45,239 bases of DNA. It comes from a virus. Lineage: Duplodnaviria > Caudoviricetes. Position numbers and translations under genes: made by a program. The notes under the pieces were generated by a model. The model saw only the letters and a list, made by a program, of their open reading frames with translations. It ran no database searches and was not told the DNA's origin. This document shows, in pieces, positions 24,655-34,224 of the stretch (positions are counted from its first letter, which is position 1; each line of letters begins with the position of its first letter). The stretch covers positions 1-45,239 of IMG/VR virus record IMGVR_UViG_3300032373_000029; one strand, written 5' to 3'.

Positions 24655-27600
24655 TAGAGGATCAGCAGCCTTCCGTCCCCTTCGAGGACAATGGAGCCAG
24701 AGCTAGAAAGAACCGGCTCATTGAGAATCTTGGTCGTGCGGGTCGACACGGTGAGGGTCGTCGTAATGTCGCGCTCTAGGTCGCCGCCGCTGCTTCCGCC
24801 GCTCGGCAGGTTGTTCAGCAAGACCTTGCGGTTCGCCCCCTCCGAGGCGTCGTAGACCGCGACGTAGTCCGCAGCCCCGTCCACGGTCGCCTCGGCGGTC
24901 AGGCCCGTGATATCGAGGAGCTCGCTCGTGAGTGCCAGGGTCCCCGTAGTGCTGGGAAGCGTGAACGTGTAGGTCCCGTCCTTGAGGTCGCCCCCGAGGT
25001 AGAGGTCTTTCCAGACCTCGGAACTCTTACCGAGGTCGTAGAGGTTGTTCGCGGCAGGGCGGAGGCTCGCCCCGGTCACGATCACGTCGCCCTTGGTCGC
25101 ATGGCCGGTCGAGATCAGGTGCAGGGTCTCGCTAGCGTTTGTCCCGCCCTGAACGCTCTGCGAGCCGCTGCGCCCACCACCGTTTACATACTGCGTGTGG
25201 TGGTCGGTGCCCGTCAGCCCGGTGAGTGAGCCGTGATCGGTCACGCCTGAGGTGAAGCCGAGCGAGTCGATCAAGACCTTGACGACGCCGCCCGTGGAGG
25301 CGTCATACATGGCGAGGTAGTCGGCGGCTGTGTTGACCGCGGCGGCGACGCTCATTCCGTCGATATCAAGGGCCAGCGCCGCAGCAGAGGTGCCCAAGCC
25401 GTTGCCCGCGAGAGAGGCAAGCGACTGCCAGGCAGCGGTGCCACCAGAGACTCGGAGGAAATCGTAGGTGGACCCCACCGTGAGTTCGCTCGGCGAAGCG
25501 CTAGCGCCAAGCACGAGGGAGCCCGTTGCGTAGCCCAGGCCGGCCAGCGAGGCCAGCTTGGCGCTGTAGGACTGAACGTCCGTGTCGATTGCGAGCCCCA
25601 GCGCCGTGCGCGCTGCGGAAGCCGTGGTGCTCGCCGTGCCGCCGCTCGCGATCGGCAGAGGCGCCGTGAGGGTCAGCCCCGCGAAGGTCGGCGAGTCGGT
25701 CGTGGCCAGCCCTTGGTTGACGCCGGTCAGGTTGGCGTCGAGGGGCTGGTAGGTGGCCGAGAGGTCTGGAATGTCGCCGGCCAGGAGTGAGGCCCATGCG
25801 GGAGCCGCGCTCGCAGCGCCGTCCCCCGTCTGCGAGAGGAACTGCTTGGCGGTCGTCGTGTTACCGGCTAGCCGGGTGCCGGTTCCCGAGGCCCCGCCGT
25901 AGAGGGTGTCGCCCAGGGTCGTGAGTGGGGCCAGCGCGTCGAAGGCTGCCGCTGCTGAGCCGGCAGCGGTCCCAGTTCCGCCCTGCGCGAGGGCGAGAGG
26001 TGCCGTCAGCGTGAGGGCCGCGAAGGTCGGCGAGTCCGTGGTGGCGAGGCCTTGATTGATCCCCGTGAGGTTGGCGTCCAGGGGTTGATAGGTCGCGCTC
26101 AGGTCGGGAATGTCCCCGGCGACGAGTGCAGCCCAAGTAGGGGCTGCGGAGGCCGCTCCGTCCCCGGTCTGGTTCAAGAACTGCTTTGTGGTCGTCGTGT
26201 TGCCAGCGAGGCGGGTCTCAACACCCGAGGCCCCGCCATAGATCACGTCCCCCAGCGTCGTGAGCGGGGAACTCCCGCCCGCCGTGAGGTCAACCCACGA
26301 GCTCCCGTCGTAGAACCGGAGGGTGTTGTCCGTCGAGTTGGCGTAGATCATTCCCTCGCTGATCGAGGCTGCGTCTCCCGTCGGCGCACTCGCCAGGGTC
26401 GTGAACTGCAGCAGCCCTTGCGTGAGTTTCACGGCTCCCGCTGAGGTGTCCTGCTCGTTGAGGCGCAGCAGCTCGGTGTAGCTGGTGAGGCTTGCCGTCT
26501 CAAAGCCAACGCGGAAGACCATGTCGGCCGAGAAGGGCGCGACGGTCTTGATCAACTCGCTCGTGATCGCGCCCGTGTATCGCGTCTTCTGCGAGCCGAT
26601 CTTCATGCGTTGCTGGAACTCCAGCGAGGTCCCGAAGCCAACAGCCGCCGTCACCCCCCCGGTGACTTCGTTCCTGAGCGACCAGCAGGCCTGGTCGTTG
26701 GTCGTGCTGGTGGTCGTCTTCCACCAGTCGTCTGCGAGGGCGATCTCGGTGCTCGTGCCCGCGGTGTCTTGCCAACTTGGCCGAGTCGGTGACCCCCCGG
26801 TCGGGATCCAGAAGCCGTTGGCAGCCCCCGGAATAGGCGTAGAAGCCTGCGCCGTGAGTTCGAGGCTGGAGGGATCGAGTCGGCCCGTGATCGTGGCCTT
26901 GCCATTCACAATGAGATTGGTGCAGGTGAGGTCGTCGGCCAGGGTCAGCCCGCCGAAGGTCGTCTGCGTGGCGACCCAGGCGGAGCCGTTCCAATGAAGG
27001 AGGTCGCCAGCCGTCCCGCTGGGGAGCGTCGTGCCGGTGGACGTGAGGTCCACAGCCGACCCGCCGCTCGGGTGCCAGTAAAGCTTCGAGTCAGCCGAAC
27101 TCGCGTAGAAGTAGCCCTGATTGGCCGGGGCCCCTGCGCCAGGCGCTGAGACCTCCTCCATGCGAACACCCTTGGGGCCGATCCCGAAGAGGCCAGGCTC
27201 AGCCGCGCCTGCGCTGGAATAGGGCGTGAAGGTGAGCTCGTCTCCCGTCACGCCTTGCGCGCGGACGCCGCTGTGGATCAGCGAGTCGTTGCTCGCGCTG
27301 GGGAAGGCGAAGTCGACGGTGCTCACGCCAGGCGGGAAGACCATGCCCGAGGTCGTGGCCGGCGCGGTCGTGTCGTAGTCGCCGGCGAGAAGGTCGGCCA
27401 GGCCTGCCTCGACGGAAGCCACGACCATGCGCCCAGTGGAGTAGTTCCAGCCGCCCTTGACGCCTGCGCCGCCCGCGCCGCGGTCGGGAAGGTTCCCCGT
27501 GCCCTTGGTGAAACTGGAGATCCCGCCAGCCAGCTCGCCGAGCAGGATCTGCTGGGCGTCGGCCTCGGTGAAGGCGCTGGGGTCTGTGCCCACAGTGTCC

Positions 27601-29021
27601 GCCTCGCCCTTCGCCGTAGTGCCCGGCTGGAAGATCAGGCCCGGCAGGATCCCGCACTGGGAGCCGTAGATATAGGCCCGCGGCCCAGGCTCGCCGACGT
27701 GCGGGGGGCGCCCGCCGATTAGCTCAAAGCCGTGCCCGGTGGTCTGGCCGACGCCTGCGACCAGGTTCAGGCCGCCCTCGGGAATGCCTCCAGTCTCGCC
27801 GGGCGGCGGGGTCCATGGCGGATAAGGCGGCGGGTCCCCGTCCTCGGGGTCCCAAGGGGTCCAGGGGGGAGGGTTCCAGGGAATCCGCGGCGGCTTGACC
27901 GTGCCGAACTCGCTCCTGTAGAGCACTTCCCAGCGGCCCAGCCCTTCGGCGCACGAGCCGACGTTATGGGGAGGCGTCGGGTTGAACATGATATGAGCCT
28001 GGCGCCACTTGCCCTTCTCAGGCTCCACCTTGGGCCAGGCTGCCCGATCCATGCGGAGCGGCCCGTCCTGCTCGTAAGGCGACATGAAGAGCGCGCCAGA
28101 CGTTTCGCCAGCCGCAAGGTGCACAGGCCTGACTTGCCGACCGTCCGCGTCCTTCCCAGCACTCCCATGGCGGCAGGTGTTGTTCAGGTTCACGGCGAGC
28201 GGGCCGCCAAGTTTGCCGTCGTTGTTCGCGAGGAAGCCGAGCTCGCCAATGTCGTGGTCCATGACGAAACCGTAGCCAGGCGAGCCAGGCTCAAGCCGCC
28301 CGCCCGCGCCGAGCTGGAGCGCGAGCCCGCTGCCTTCGATCAGGCCCTTGCAGATCCCGCCCTTCGGCAGGTCGAAGACGCTCCAGGCGCTCTGCAGGTG
28401 GGCCTTTCGCTCAGGGTCCGGGCTGCCGTCCGCCTTGAGGTCGTAGACCAGCGTGCCGAGCTCGGGGTCGCCCGCCCGGTTCACGCTGAAGAGCGCGTTC
28501 AACCAGTCGGGGTGGAAGGTCTCCTCCTGCGATAGGTGCTCCGTCCCCGCGCCGCGCGTGCCGGTGGCGCCCTTGACCAGGCCTCCAGCCCAGTCGGGGA
28601 GGTTGGCCTGGGCCTCTTTGAAGCGGTCGTCAGCGCTGCCGGGAGCGCGAAGCGGGAGGATCTTGGTGTCGCTGGCCTTCTTGCGAGCCGCGGTCTTGCC
28701 GGGGCCCCTCTTCGCCGCTGGCTTGCCGGGAGCAGGGGCACCTCGAGGGGGCTTGCCGGCCTGCGTGACGACCGAGGGGAACGAGACCGACCAGGCCGGG
28801 ATCCTGTCGCCCGCGCTTTCCCAGAGCCCCCAGCCCACGTCGTCTCCGTGGGTGCCCTCCTCGGCTACCGAGACGCCAAAGGGCGTGTCCTTCTCGTTCG
28901 CGTTGACTCGGCACGAAAACGGAACCAGGCGTTTGTTCAGATCCCAGTCAGGGTCGTGGTGCTGCCGAGGGGTGATCCCGCGCCACGTCTCGTCCCCTAC
29001 GTGTCCTCCTGCGTTGCCCAT
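24654..29021 (-). CDS. Large tail protein with fibre-like C-terminal half (1455 aa)
   Basis: Globular N-terminus, Pro-rich linker, then fibre motifs (PLTTLGD, DSPTFAGLTL, PIASGGT...ARTALGL) with internal repeats. Confidence 0.75.
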   Translation of the reverse strand: MGNAGGHVGDETWRGITPRQHHDPDWDLNKRLVPFSCRVNANEKDTPFGVSVAEEGTHGDDVGWGLWESAGDRIPAWSVSFPSVVTQAGKPPRGAPAPGKPAAKRGPGKTAARKKASDTKILPLRAPGSADDRFKEAQANLPDWAGGLVKGATGTRGAGTEHLSQEETFHPDWLNALFSVNRAGDPELGTLVYDLKADGSPDPERKAHLQSAWSVFDLPKGGICKGLIEGSGLALQLGAGGRLEPGSPGYGFVMDHDIGELGFLANNDGKLGGPLAVNLNNTCRHGSAGKDADGRQVRPVHLAAGETSGALFMSPYEQDGPLRMDRAAWPKVEPEKGKWRQAHIMFNPTPPHNVGSCAEGLGRWEVLYRSEFGTVKPPRIPWNPPPWTPWDPEDGDPPPYPPWTPPPGETGGIPEGGLNLVAGVGQTTGHGFELIGGRPPHVGEPGPRAYIYGSQCGILPGLIFQPGTTAKGEADTVGTDPSAFTEADAQQILLGELAGGISSFTKGTGNLPDRGAGGAGVKGGWNYSTGRMVVASVEAGLADLLAGDYDTTAPATTSGMVFPPGVSTVDFAFPSASNDSLIHSGVRAQGVTGDELTFTPYSSAGAAEPGLFGIGPKGVRMEEVSAPGAGAPANQGYFYASSADSKLYWHPSGGSAVDLTSTGTTLPSGTAGDLLHWNGSAWVATQTTFGGLTLADDLTCTNLIVNGKATITGRLDPSSLELTAQASTPIPGAANGFWIPTGGSPTRPSWQDTAGTSTEIALADDWWKTTTSTTNDQACWSLRNEVTGGVTAAVGFGTSLEFQQRMKIGSQKTRYTGAITSELIKTVAPFSADMVFRVGFETASLTSYTELLRLNEQDTSAGAVKLTQGLLQFTTLASAPTGDAASISEGMIYANSTDNTLRFYDGSSWVDLTAGGSSPLTTLGDVIYGGASGVETRLAGNTTTTKQFLNQTGDGAASAAPTWAALVAGDIPDLSATYQPLDANLTGINQGLATTDSPTFAALTLTAPLALAQGGTGTAAGSAAAAFDALAPLTTLGDTLYGGASGTGTRLAGNTTTAKQFLSQTGDGAASAAPAWASLLAGDIPDLSATYQPLDANLTGVNQGLATTDSPTFAGLTLTAPLPIASGGTASTTASAARTALGLAIDTDVQSYSAKLASLAGLGYATGSLVLGASASPSELTVGSTYDFLRVSGGTAAWQSLASLAGNGLGTSAAALALDIDGMSVAAAVNTAADYLAMYDASTGGVVKVLIDSLGFTSGVTDHGSLTGLTGTDHHTQYVNGGGRSGSQSVQGGTNASETLHLISTGHATKGDVIVTGASLRPAANNLYDLGKSSEVWKDLYLGGDLKDGTYTFTLPSTTGTLALTSELLDITGLTAEATVDGAADYVAVYDASEGANRKVLLNNLPSGGSSGGDLERDITTTLTVSTRTTKILNEPVLSSSGSIVLEGDGRLLIL
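25599..26270 (-). repeat. Intragenic tandem duplication, 339-nt (113-aa) period
   Basis: Units begin SPLTTLGD (26270) and APLTTLGD (25931) and share GDIPDLSATYQPLDANLTG. Confidence 0.9.
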
Positions 29022-31267
29022 TATTCCTCCTGCACGAGTCTTAGCAGGGCGTTCCGCGTGCTCTCGGGGAGCAGGGCGTCCACTCGGATCTGCGCAGGCG
29101 CGCTCGGCATGTTGAGCGTCGTGGTGTAGCTCACCAGCCCAGACCCGTCACACCCAACCGCATGGACGACAGCGAGCAGGTTCCCAGTCGGGCGCACGTT
29201 GCCATTCAGGCTGACGGAGAACTGGCCCTCTCCGCGGTCAAGCAGGTAGGAGCAGACCCGCGCGGCGTGGGCGCGAGCCACGTCGCGCACGCTGTCTGAG
29301 TTTGAGAGGAGGGCCAGGGGCGGCGACCCACCGTTGAAGACTGAGTTCAGAATCGAGGCCTGGTCGCCGTCCCGCCAAGCAAACCGCGCGCTCTCAACCT
29401 TCGTCTTGGCCTCATGGACGGGGCCATGGTTCTCCAGGGGCGCGTTCTTGCCCAGGAGCTGCAGCGCCTCCGCGATCGTGACCTCGACGGCGTGCAGCCG
29501 GCCCTCGTTGTTTGGCGAACTGGGAACGACCGACAGAATCGTTGAGAGGTTGAACTGCTGCTTCAAGGTGACGGGCACCCCCGAGCTGCTGAACCAGAGC
29601 GCGCGCAGGTCGCCAGCCGTCGAGGTGGGCGCGTCCCCCTCGACCTCTCCTAGCTGAATGTCCTCGTAGGCGCCGAAGAGGTCAGCGCGCGGCTCAAGCT
29701 GAAAGACGCGGGCGCCCTGGTCGAGAATCTTGATCGACACGGGGGCAGCCTTCGCCTGCGAGAGGTCCGCGGCCCAACCCTGCACGTTGTAGGAGCGGGC
29801 GGTGTCGTTCGTGCGGTAGGCGAGCGCCTTGAGTTGCGGCTTCAGCACGTAATCGACGTAGACCGGGCTCGGTGCCCTCAGGCCGTTTTCGGAGTCCGTC
29901 AGCACGGCTCGGCGCGCCTTGAAGCTCAGGACGCGGTCCGAGAACTGCGCGTCAAGCCGATAGCTTCTGCGCCAGTGCCGAGCGATAGCCGCAAAGCGCG
30001 CGGACCAGATCTGATCGTAGGTCCCGCCGTCCAGCACGAACCAGCGCGCGACGTATTGCAGGCCAGGCAGGGTGTAGCTCCTGACCATGTCCTCGGTGAC
30101 GCCGTTCGGGTATTGCGACGGGTTCGCGCCAGCACCCACAGAGGTCACGTTTAGGCCGGTGGCGATCGCGGCGAAGAACTCCGTGAAGGTGATCCACGTC
30201 CCAGACGCGACGACGCGCCCTGAGGCCAGCCGAAAGGTTGAGTCGGGAACCTTGATCACGTTCTCGAGCAGGGGCGGGCGCTTCCCGCGGGGGAAGCTCT
30301 CGTCGGTGTCGAGGTCAAAGCGAATCTCAAGTTCACGCGGCATGAAGACCCGCACCAGGCCAGGGCGCACAAGTGCCCGGTCGACAAGCCGCCACATGCC
30401 GGTCCGGTCAAGAGGCCGCCCCGCTGCGTCGGCGGCGGCGACCTCGCTTTGGTCGAGCGTCGCGAACACGCGAGCTATGCCCCTGAGGTCAACGAAGACG
30501 TTGACGCCAGGCAGGTGGGAGAGCACACGGGCGAGCGCGTCCGCGCCCTGGTCCCCGAGGTGCAGGTTCTGGACTGGGGCCTGCAGCGCACGCTTGGCGG
30601 CTGGCTCAATCACGTAGCCGCCAGCGCCGCAGAGCTCGGCGAGCACGTCGTCGAGGATCTCTAGAGCCGTCCAGGCGCGACCGTCCTTCAGCGTCGCCCT
30701 GTGGTGCGTGAGGTCTGCGACGACCTCCGCGGCCTGCAGCGGCACGAGCTGCGTTCCGTTCCAGCGCGTGTTTCCGCTGCGCTTGGTCACGTTGTAGCTA
30801 CGCTCAACGATCGGGCGCGACCAAAGCCAGCGCCGGTCGCTGACTTGGACGGTCCAGGTGTTGAGGTCGGCACCTGCCTTTAGGGCGGTCACGTAGAGGC
30901 CCTCGACCTCTACGACATTCGTGCGCTTGGCGCGGAAGGCTTTGATCTGCTCCTTTGTGAGTTTCCCGGCCTTGCCAGCCTTCGACCTGTCCTTCTCTAG
31001 GGCGACCTTGGGCGAGCCGATTCGCAGCTTCAGCGGGCCCTTCGGTGCTGGGCGCTTGCCTCGCGCTCCGCTCGTGAGCGGGTCCCGCAGTTCGGCCTCA
31101 AGTTGCGTCTTGGCGCGTGCAGCGATCCGCTCTGCGCGCTCGCGGGTCACGACGAAGTGAGCCACGTAGGGCTTCACCCCAGCGACAAGCCCCCATGCGT
31201 GCGTCTGACCCTTGTCGCAGGGGAGTTTCACGCCACCCAGGGCGAACTCGGCGACGACTTGCGGCAC
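29021..31267 (-). CDS. Putative tail hub/baseplate-like protein (748 aa)
   Basis: Start re-called to GTG at 31267; VSDRRWLW and WTALEILDDVL motifs; position just before the fibre gene. Confidence 0.55.
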   Translation of the reverse strand: MPQVVAEFALGGVKLPCDKGQTHAWGLVAGVKPYVAHFVVTRERAERIAARAKTQLEAELRDPLTSGARGKRPAPKGPLKLRIGSPKVALEKDRSKAGKAGKLTKEQIKAFRAKRTNVVEVEGLYVTALKAGADLNTWTVQVSDRRWLWSRPIVERSYNVTKRSGNTRWNGTQLVPLQAAEVVADLTHHRATLKDGRAWTALEILDDVLAELCGAGGYVIEPAAKRALQAPVQNLHLGDQGADALARVLSHLPGVNVFVDLRGIARVFATLDQSEVAAADAAGRPLDRTGMWRLVDRALVRPGLVRVFMPRELEIRFDLDTDESFPRGKRPPLLENVIKVPDSTFRLASGRVVASGTWITFTEFFAAIATGLNVTSVGAGANPSQYPNGVTEDMVRSYTLPGLQYVARWFVLDGGTYDQIWSARFAAIARHWRRSYRLDAQFSDRVLSFKARRAVLTDSENGLRAPSPVYVDYVLKPQLKALAYRTNDTARSYNVQGWAADLSQAKAAPVSIKILDQGARVFQLEPRADLFGAYEDIQLGEVEGDAPTSTAGDLRALWFSSSGVPVTLKQQFNLSTILSVVPSSPNNEGRLHAVEVTIAEALQLLGKNAPLENHGPVHEAKTKVESARFAWRDGDQASILNSVFNGGSPPLALLSNSDSVRDVARAHAARVCSYLLDRGEGQFSVSLNGNVRPTGNLLAVVHAVGCDGSGLVSYTTTLNMPSAPAQIRVDALLPESTRNALLRLVQEE

Positions 31268-31268
31268 G

Positions 31269-31940
31269 CTAGCCCGCCCCGCCGAAGCCCAGGAACTGCC
31301 CCGCAGAACGCAGTTTGGCCTCCACCGCGTCGGCGATCTTCGTAGCCGCCGAGTCGATCGCAGCCGACGCTGTGCCCGCCAAGGAGCCACCCAGCACGTC
31401 CTGCTGGGCTGCGTTCACAGCCACAGAGTTCGCCTTGCGGTCGTTCTCAAGGTTCAGGTTCTGGATCACGCTGCGTTGCGCGAGCAACTCCCGCACCTTG
31501 GGCGAGATCGCGCCTACGCCGGCAACCTTCGCGATCGCGTTGGTCTGGGAGTTGAGATCCCCCTCTGCGCCCTTGAGCGCTCGATCCAGGCCCGCAGCGC
31601 CTCCGAGCTCGCCGCCGGGGAGAGAGGCGCCGAGACTCAACAGGCCCCGATCTAGGCCGGCGCTGAAACTGCCCCCCCGCGACTGGTTCACGAAGCCTGC
31701 CGAGATCGCCTTCCCAGCCTGAGCGGCGAAGAGTGCTCCCGCGGCTGCAGCCGTAGCACGCCCTGCTCCCAGCAGAGCTGAGGCTGTGCTCGCCTTCTTC
31801 TTCTCCTGGTCAGCCGCAGCTGCGCTCTTGCCGCCGCTGCCAGGGGCCGCACCAGTGCCGCCCCCCTGGGCCCTGATCGCCTTCAGGATCGACTCTAGAA
31901 CTCGAAGCTGGGGGTTCTTGCCAGCAGGCGCGGGGGCCAT
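31269..31940 (-). CDS. Ala/Gly-rich helical protein, candidate very short tape measure or ejection protein (223 aa)
   Basis: Ala/Gly-rich composition; the only TMP-like ORF in the tail module. Confidence 0.45.
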   Translation of the reverse strand: MAPAPAGKNPQLRVLESILKAIRAQGGGTGAAPGSGGKSAAAADQEKKKASTASALLGAGRATAAAAGALFAAQAGKAISAGFVNQSRGGSFSAGLDRGLLSLGASLPGGELGGAAGLDRALKGAEGDLNSQTNAIAKVAGVGAISPKVRELLAQRSVIQNLNLENDRKANSVAVNAAQQDVLGGSLAGTASAAIDSAATKIADAVEAKLRSAGQFLGFGGAG

Positions 31941-33334
31941 TAGCCGCTCGCCTTGAGCGAGCCGCTCGAGTTGCCGGTGGTTGGGCGCACCTTCTTCGCC
32001 TTGTGATAGACGAAGGCGAGCACGATCCCGGTCTCAACAAAGCGAGTCGACCTGGCGCCCGTTGAGAGCATGAGGTCCAGGTGTTCCTTCGCGACACGGG
32101 AACTGAAGTGGACGAAGTTTGCGGACTTGGCCTCCTCGATCGCGGACTTGGCGATCTTCTCGGCCTCGTCGCTGACTGTGCCCACGACTCGCGTGAAGAT
32201 CCGCACCGTGCGTGCCGCGAGTTGCGGCCCCACATGCAAGTCAGACGCTCGAGGGTCGTTCCCGTCCAGGACTGGGATCACGTGGTTCCCAAGCAGTTCG
32301 GTCTCCTCCAGGTCCACCTTGCTCGCGACGAGGTTCGAGTTGTAGGCGAGGTAGTCGACGTAGCCCCCTGCGCGACGCTCGTCGAGGTTCACAGTGATCT
32401 GCTCGCCGACGACGTCGAGCCCCGCGGTCGCGCCCGCCTCGGAAGCCTTCGTCTTCAGGAACGGGCGGATAATCGCGACCATGTCGGCGACGGTTTCGCT
32501 CGCGCTGACCTTGACCCCGGTCGAGAACTCAACGCGCACGAGCGAGGGCGGGGCGCCTTGCCCTGGAGTCGCGAGCGACACCTTGGCCGTGGGGTTCTGC
32601 TGGGGCCCCGCGAACTCCTGCGAAGCCTGCGTGATCGTCACTCGATACTGAGTGCCGACGAGCCGCGTGTCGTCGGTTCCTTGCGGGCTTTGGGCCGTCA
32701 GGATCTGAATGTAGACGGTCTCGAAACTGCAGCTCTGATCGAAGTCGTCGTAGTCGAGCGACGCCGGCGCCAGGATCTCGTAGGTGCCGGCCATGGCCCC
32801 CACAAGCCCAGAGGCGTAGCTCTCAAAGGTGGAGAGGTGCCCGCTCGCGGACGTGCCGCTCAGCCCGGTGTATCCGGCCTTCACGGTCACGATCTGGCGC
32901 CCCTCGCTCGTCGGCGTGATCAGGGTGCTTCCCGTCAGGCGCCCGCCCTGGCCCGCCAGGTCTGCGGGGAGGTGCCCAACGATCTGGAGACGAAGTGCGG
33001 CGCTCTTCGCGGTGCTGTAGCTCGGGTCGACGGTGAAACTCGGCTGCGCGTTCATGAACGTGTGCGCGCCGGGCGTTCCTGCAAACTGGTCTTCGCCTTC
33101 GACCTCGACCGTCAGCCCCTGGTTAGGCGTCCTGAGAGCCGTCCTGAGAGCCTGCAACGCAGTTGCGAACTGAAGATCAGAGCCCGTGCCGACGATCACG
33201 ACAGTCGCTTCCAGCGTCGCCACCGGGTAGCTCATGCTGAACTCGTGCACGTCGGAGAGGAACAGCGAGTAGCCAGACCCAGTCGTGCCAGCGCTGCTGA
33301 TCACTTGGGACCCGTAGGTGATCACGACAGCCAC
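31940..33334 (-). CDS. Virion structural protein (464 aa)
   Basis: Beta-rich ORF in the tail operon (ITYG... start). Confidence 0.55.
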   Translation of the reverse strand: MAVVITYGSQVISSAGTTGSGYSLFLSDVHEFSMSYPVATLEATVVIVGTGSDLQFATALQALRTALRTPNQGLTVEVEGEDQFAGTPGAHTFMNAQPSFTVDPSYSTAKSAALRLQIVGHLPADLAGQGGRLTGSTLITPTSEGRQIVTVKAGYTGLSGTSASGHLSTFESYASGLVGAMAGTYEILAPASLDYDDFDQSCSFETVYIQILTAQSPQGTDDTRLVGTQYRVTITQASQEFAGPQQNPTAKVSLATPGQGAPPSLVRVEFSTGVKVSASETVADMVAIIRPFLKTKASEAGATAGLDVVGEQITVNLDERRAGGYVDYLAYNSNLVASKVDLEETELLGNHVIPVLDGNDPRASDLHVGPQLAARTVRIFTRVVGTVSDEAEKIAKSAIEEAKSANFVHFSSRVAKEHLDLMLSTGARSTRFVETGIVLAFVYHKAKKVRPTTGNSSGSLKASG

Positions 33335-33652
33335 TTAGCCAGCCCTCTGCGCGACGAACTTGGCGAGGAGTTGCTTGTGTCGGTTCTCGTGGGCGATCAG
33401 CAGCGGAGGGCGCCCTGGGCCTGCGCCAAGCGCGTGCCACTGCTTCTCCTGCCGATAGATCTCGGCTGCAGCCGTCCAGGCCGCGCAGGCCTCCTCGCTT
33501 TCGGCGAGATCCGCGAGTGTCGGCACGACACCAGCTCGACGTGCCGTGAGGGCGCTATCCAGAAGCTGCGTGACAACCTGCTCCCGCTCCTCCTGGGTGC
33601 ACTCCAGCCTAGGGCCCTGTTGTCGCGCAAGAGTCCATTCGCCCAGCGTCAC
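33335..33652 (-). CDS. Hypothetical protein, possible tail assembly chaperone (105 aa)
   Basis: Helical; directly follows the tube-like gene with a GTGA overlap. Confidence 0.45.
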   Translation of the reverse strand: MTLGEWTLARQQGPRLECTQEEREQVVTQLLDSALTARRAGVVPTLADLAESEEACAAWTAAAEIYRQEKQWHALGAGPGRPPLLIAHENRHKQLLAKFVAQRAG

Positions 33653-34221
33653 AGGACCAAGTCCCCGAAGGTCGCGATCTGCTTCACGCGCCCAGTCGCG
33701 TCCGGGAAACCGGCGAAGCCCGCGCTAAGGGTGGCGCTCAGGAAGCCCGTGAAGGCAATGGGGTCCTCGCCGAATCCGACGGCGTTGTAGAGCAGGAAGG
33801 AGAGCGCCTTTGAGTCGTTGAGCCCGTCTGCTGCACCGTCCTTGACGTAGGTGGGCACGCAGAGAATCTTGGCCCCGAGCGTCGAGAGCAGGACCCCGCG
33901 CGAGCTGCTGGCGTTGTAGACCTTCTGCGGCGTCGTCCCGGTCCCCGCTAAGACGCCACGGTAGATCGACGAAACAATCGCGAGCTCCCACTGCGTGAAG
34001 GTCGTGGACATGAGGACGCCCTCGCCCTTGTAGAGCATGTCGGTCGTGTCGCCGCCCTTGGCCTCGTCCGTGATCGGCGGGGAACGGCGCTCCAGGATCG
34101 AGAGCGTTGTGAACTGGGCGAGGCCCATGTCTTCGCCGCCATAGGGCCAGGCGGCGCCGAGGTCGGTCGGGTTCTTCACGAGCGAGCACGGGACTCGCAG
34201 CTGTCTGGACGTGGCCGTCAT
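33649..34221 (-). CDS. Putative tail tube-like protein (190 aa)
   Basis: Size, position and GEDMGL...LLYNA...FAGFPD pattern reminiscent of tube proteins. Confidence 0.45.
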   Translation of the reverse strand: MTATSRQLRVPCSLVKNPTDLGAAWPYGGEDMGLAQFTTLSILERRSPPITDEAKGGDTTDMLYKGEGVLMSTTFTQWELAIVSSIYRGVLAGTGTTPQKVYNASSSRGVLLSTLGAKILCVPTYVKDGAADGLNDSKALSFLLYNAVGFGEDPIAFTGFLSATLSAGFAGFPDATGRVKQIATFGDLVL

Positions 34222-34224
34222 GGC

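Noticed and set aside
25599-26270. DGR template and variable repeat pair
   Set aside because: There is no reverse transcriptase, both copies are in frame within one gene, and the differences are not adenine-specific.
33335-33652. Programmed frameshift of a tail assembly chaperone
   Set aside because: No clear slippery heptamer, and the next gene starts immediately after the stop.
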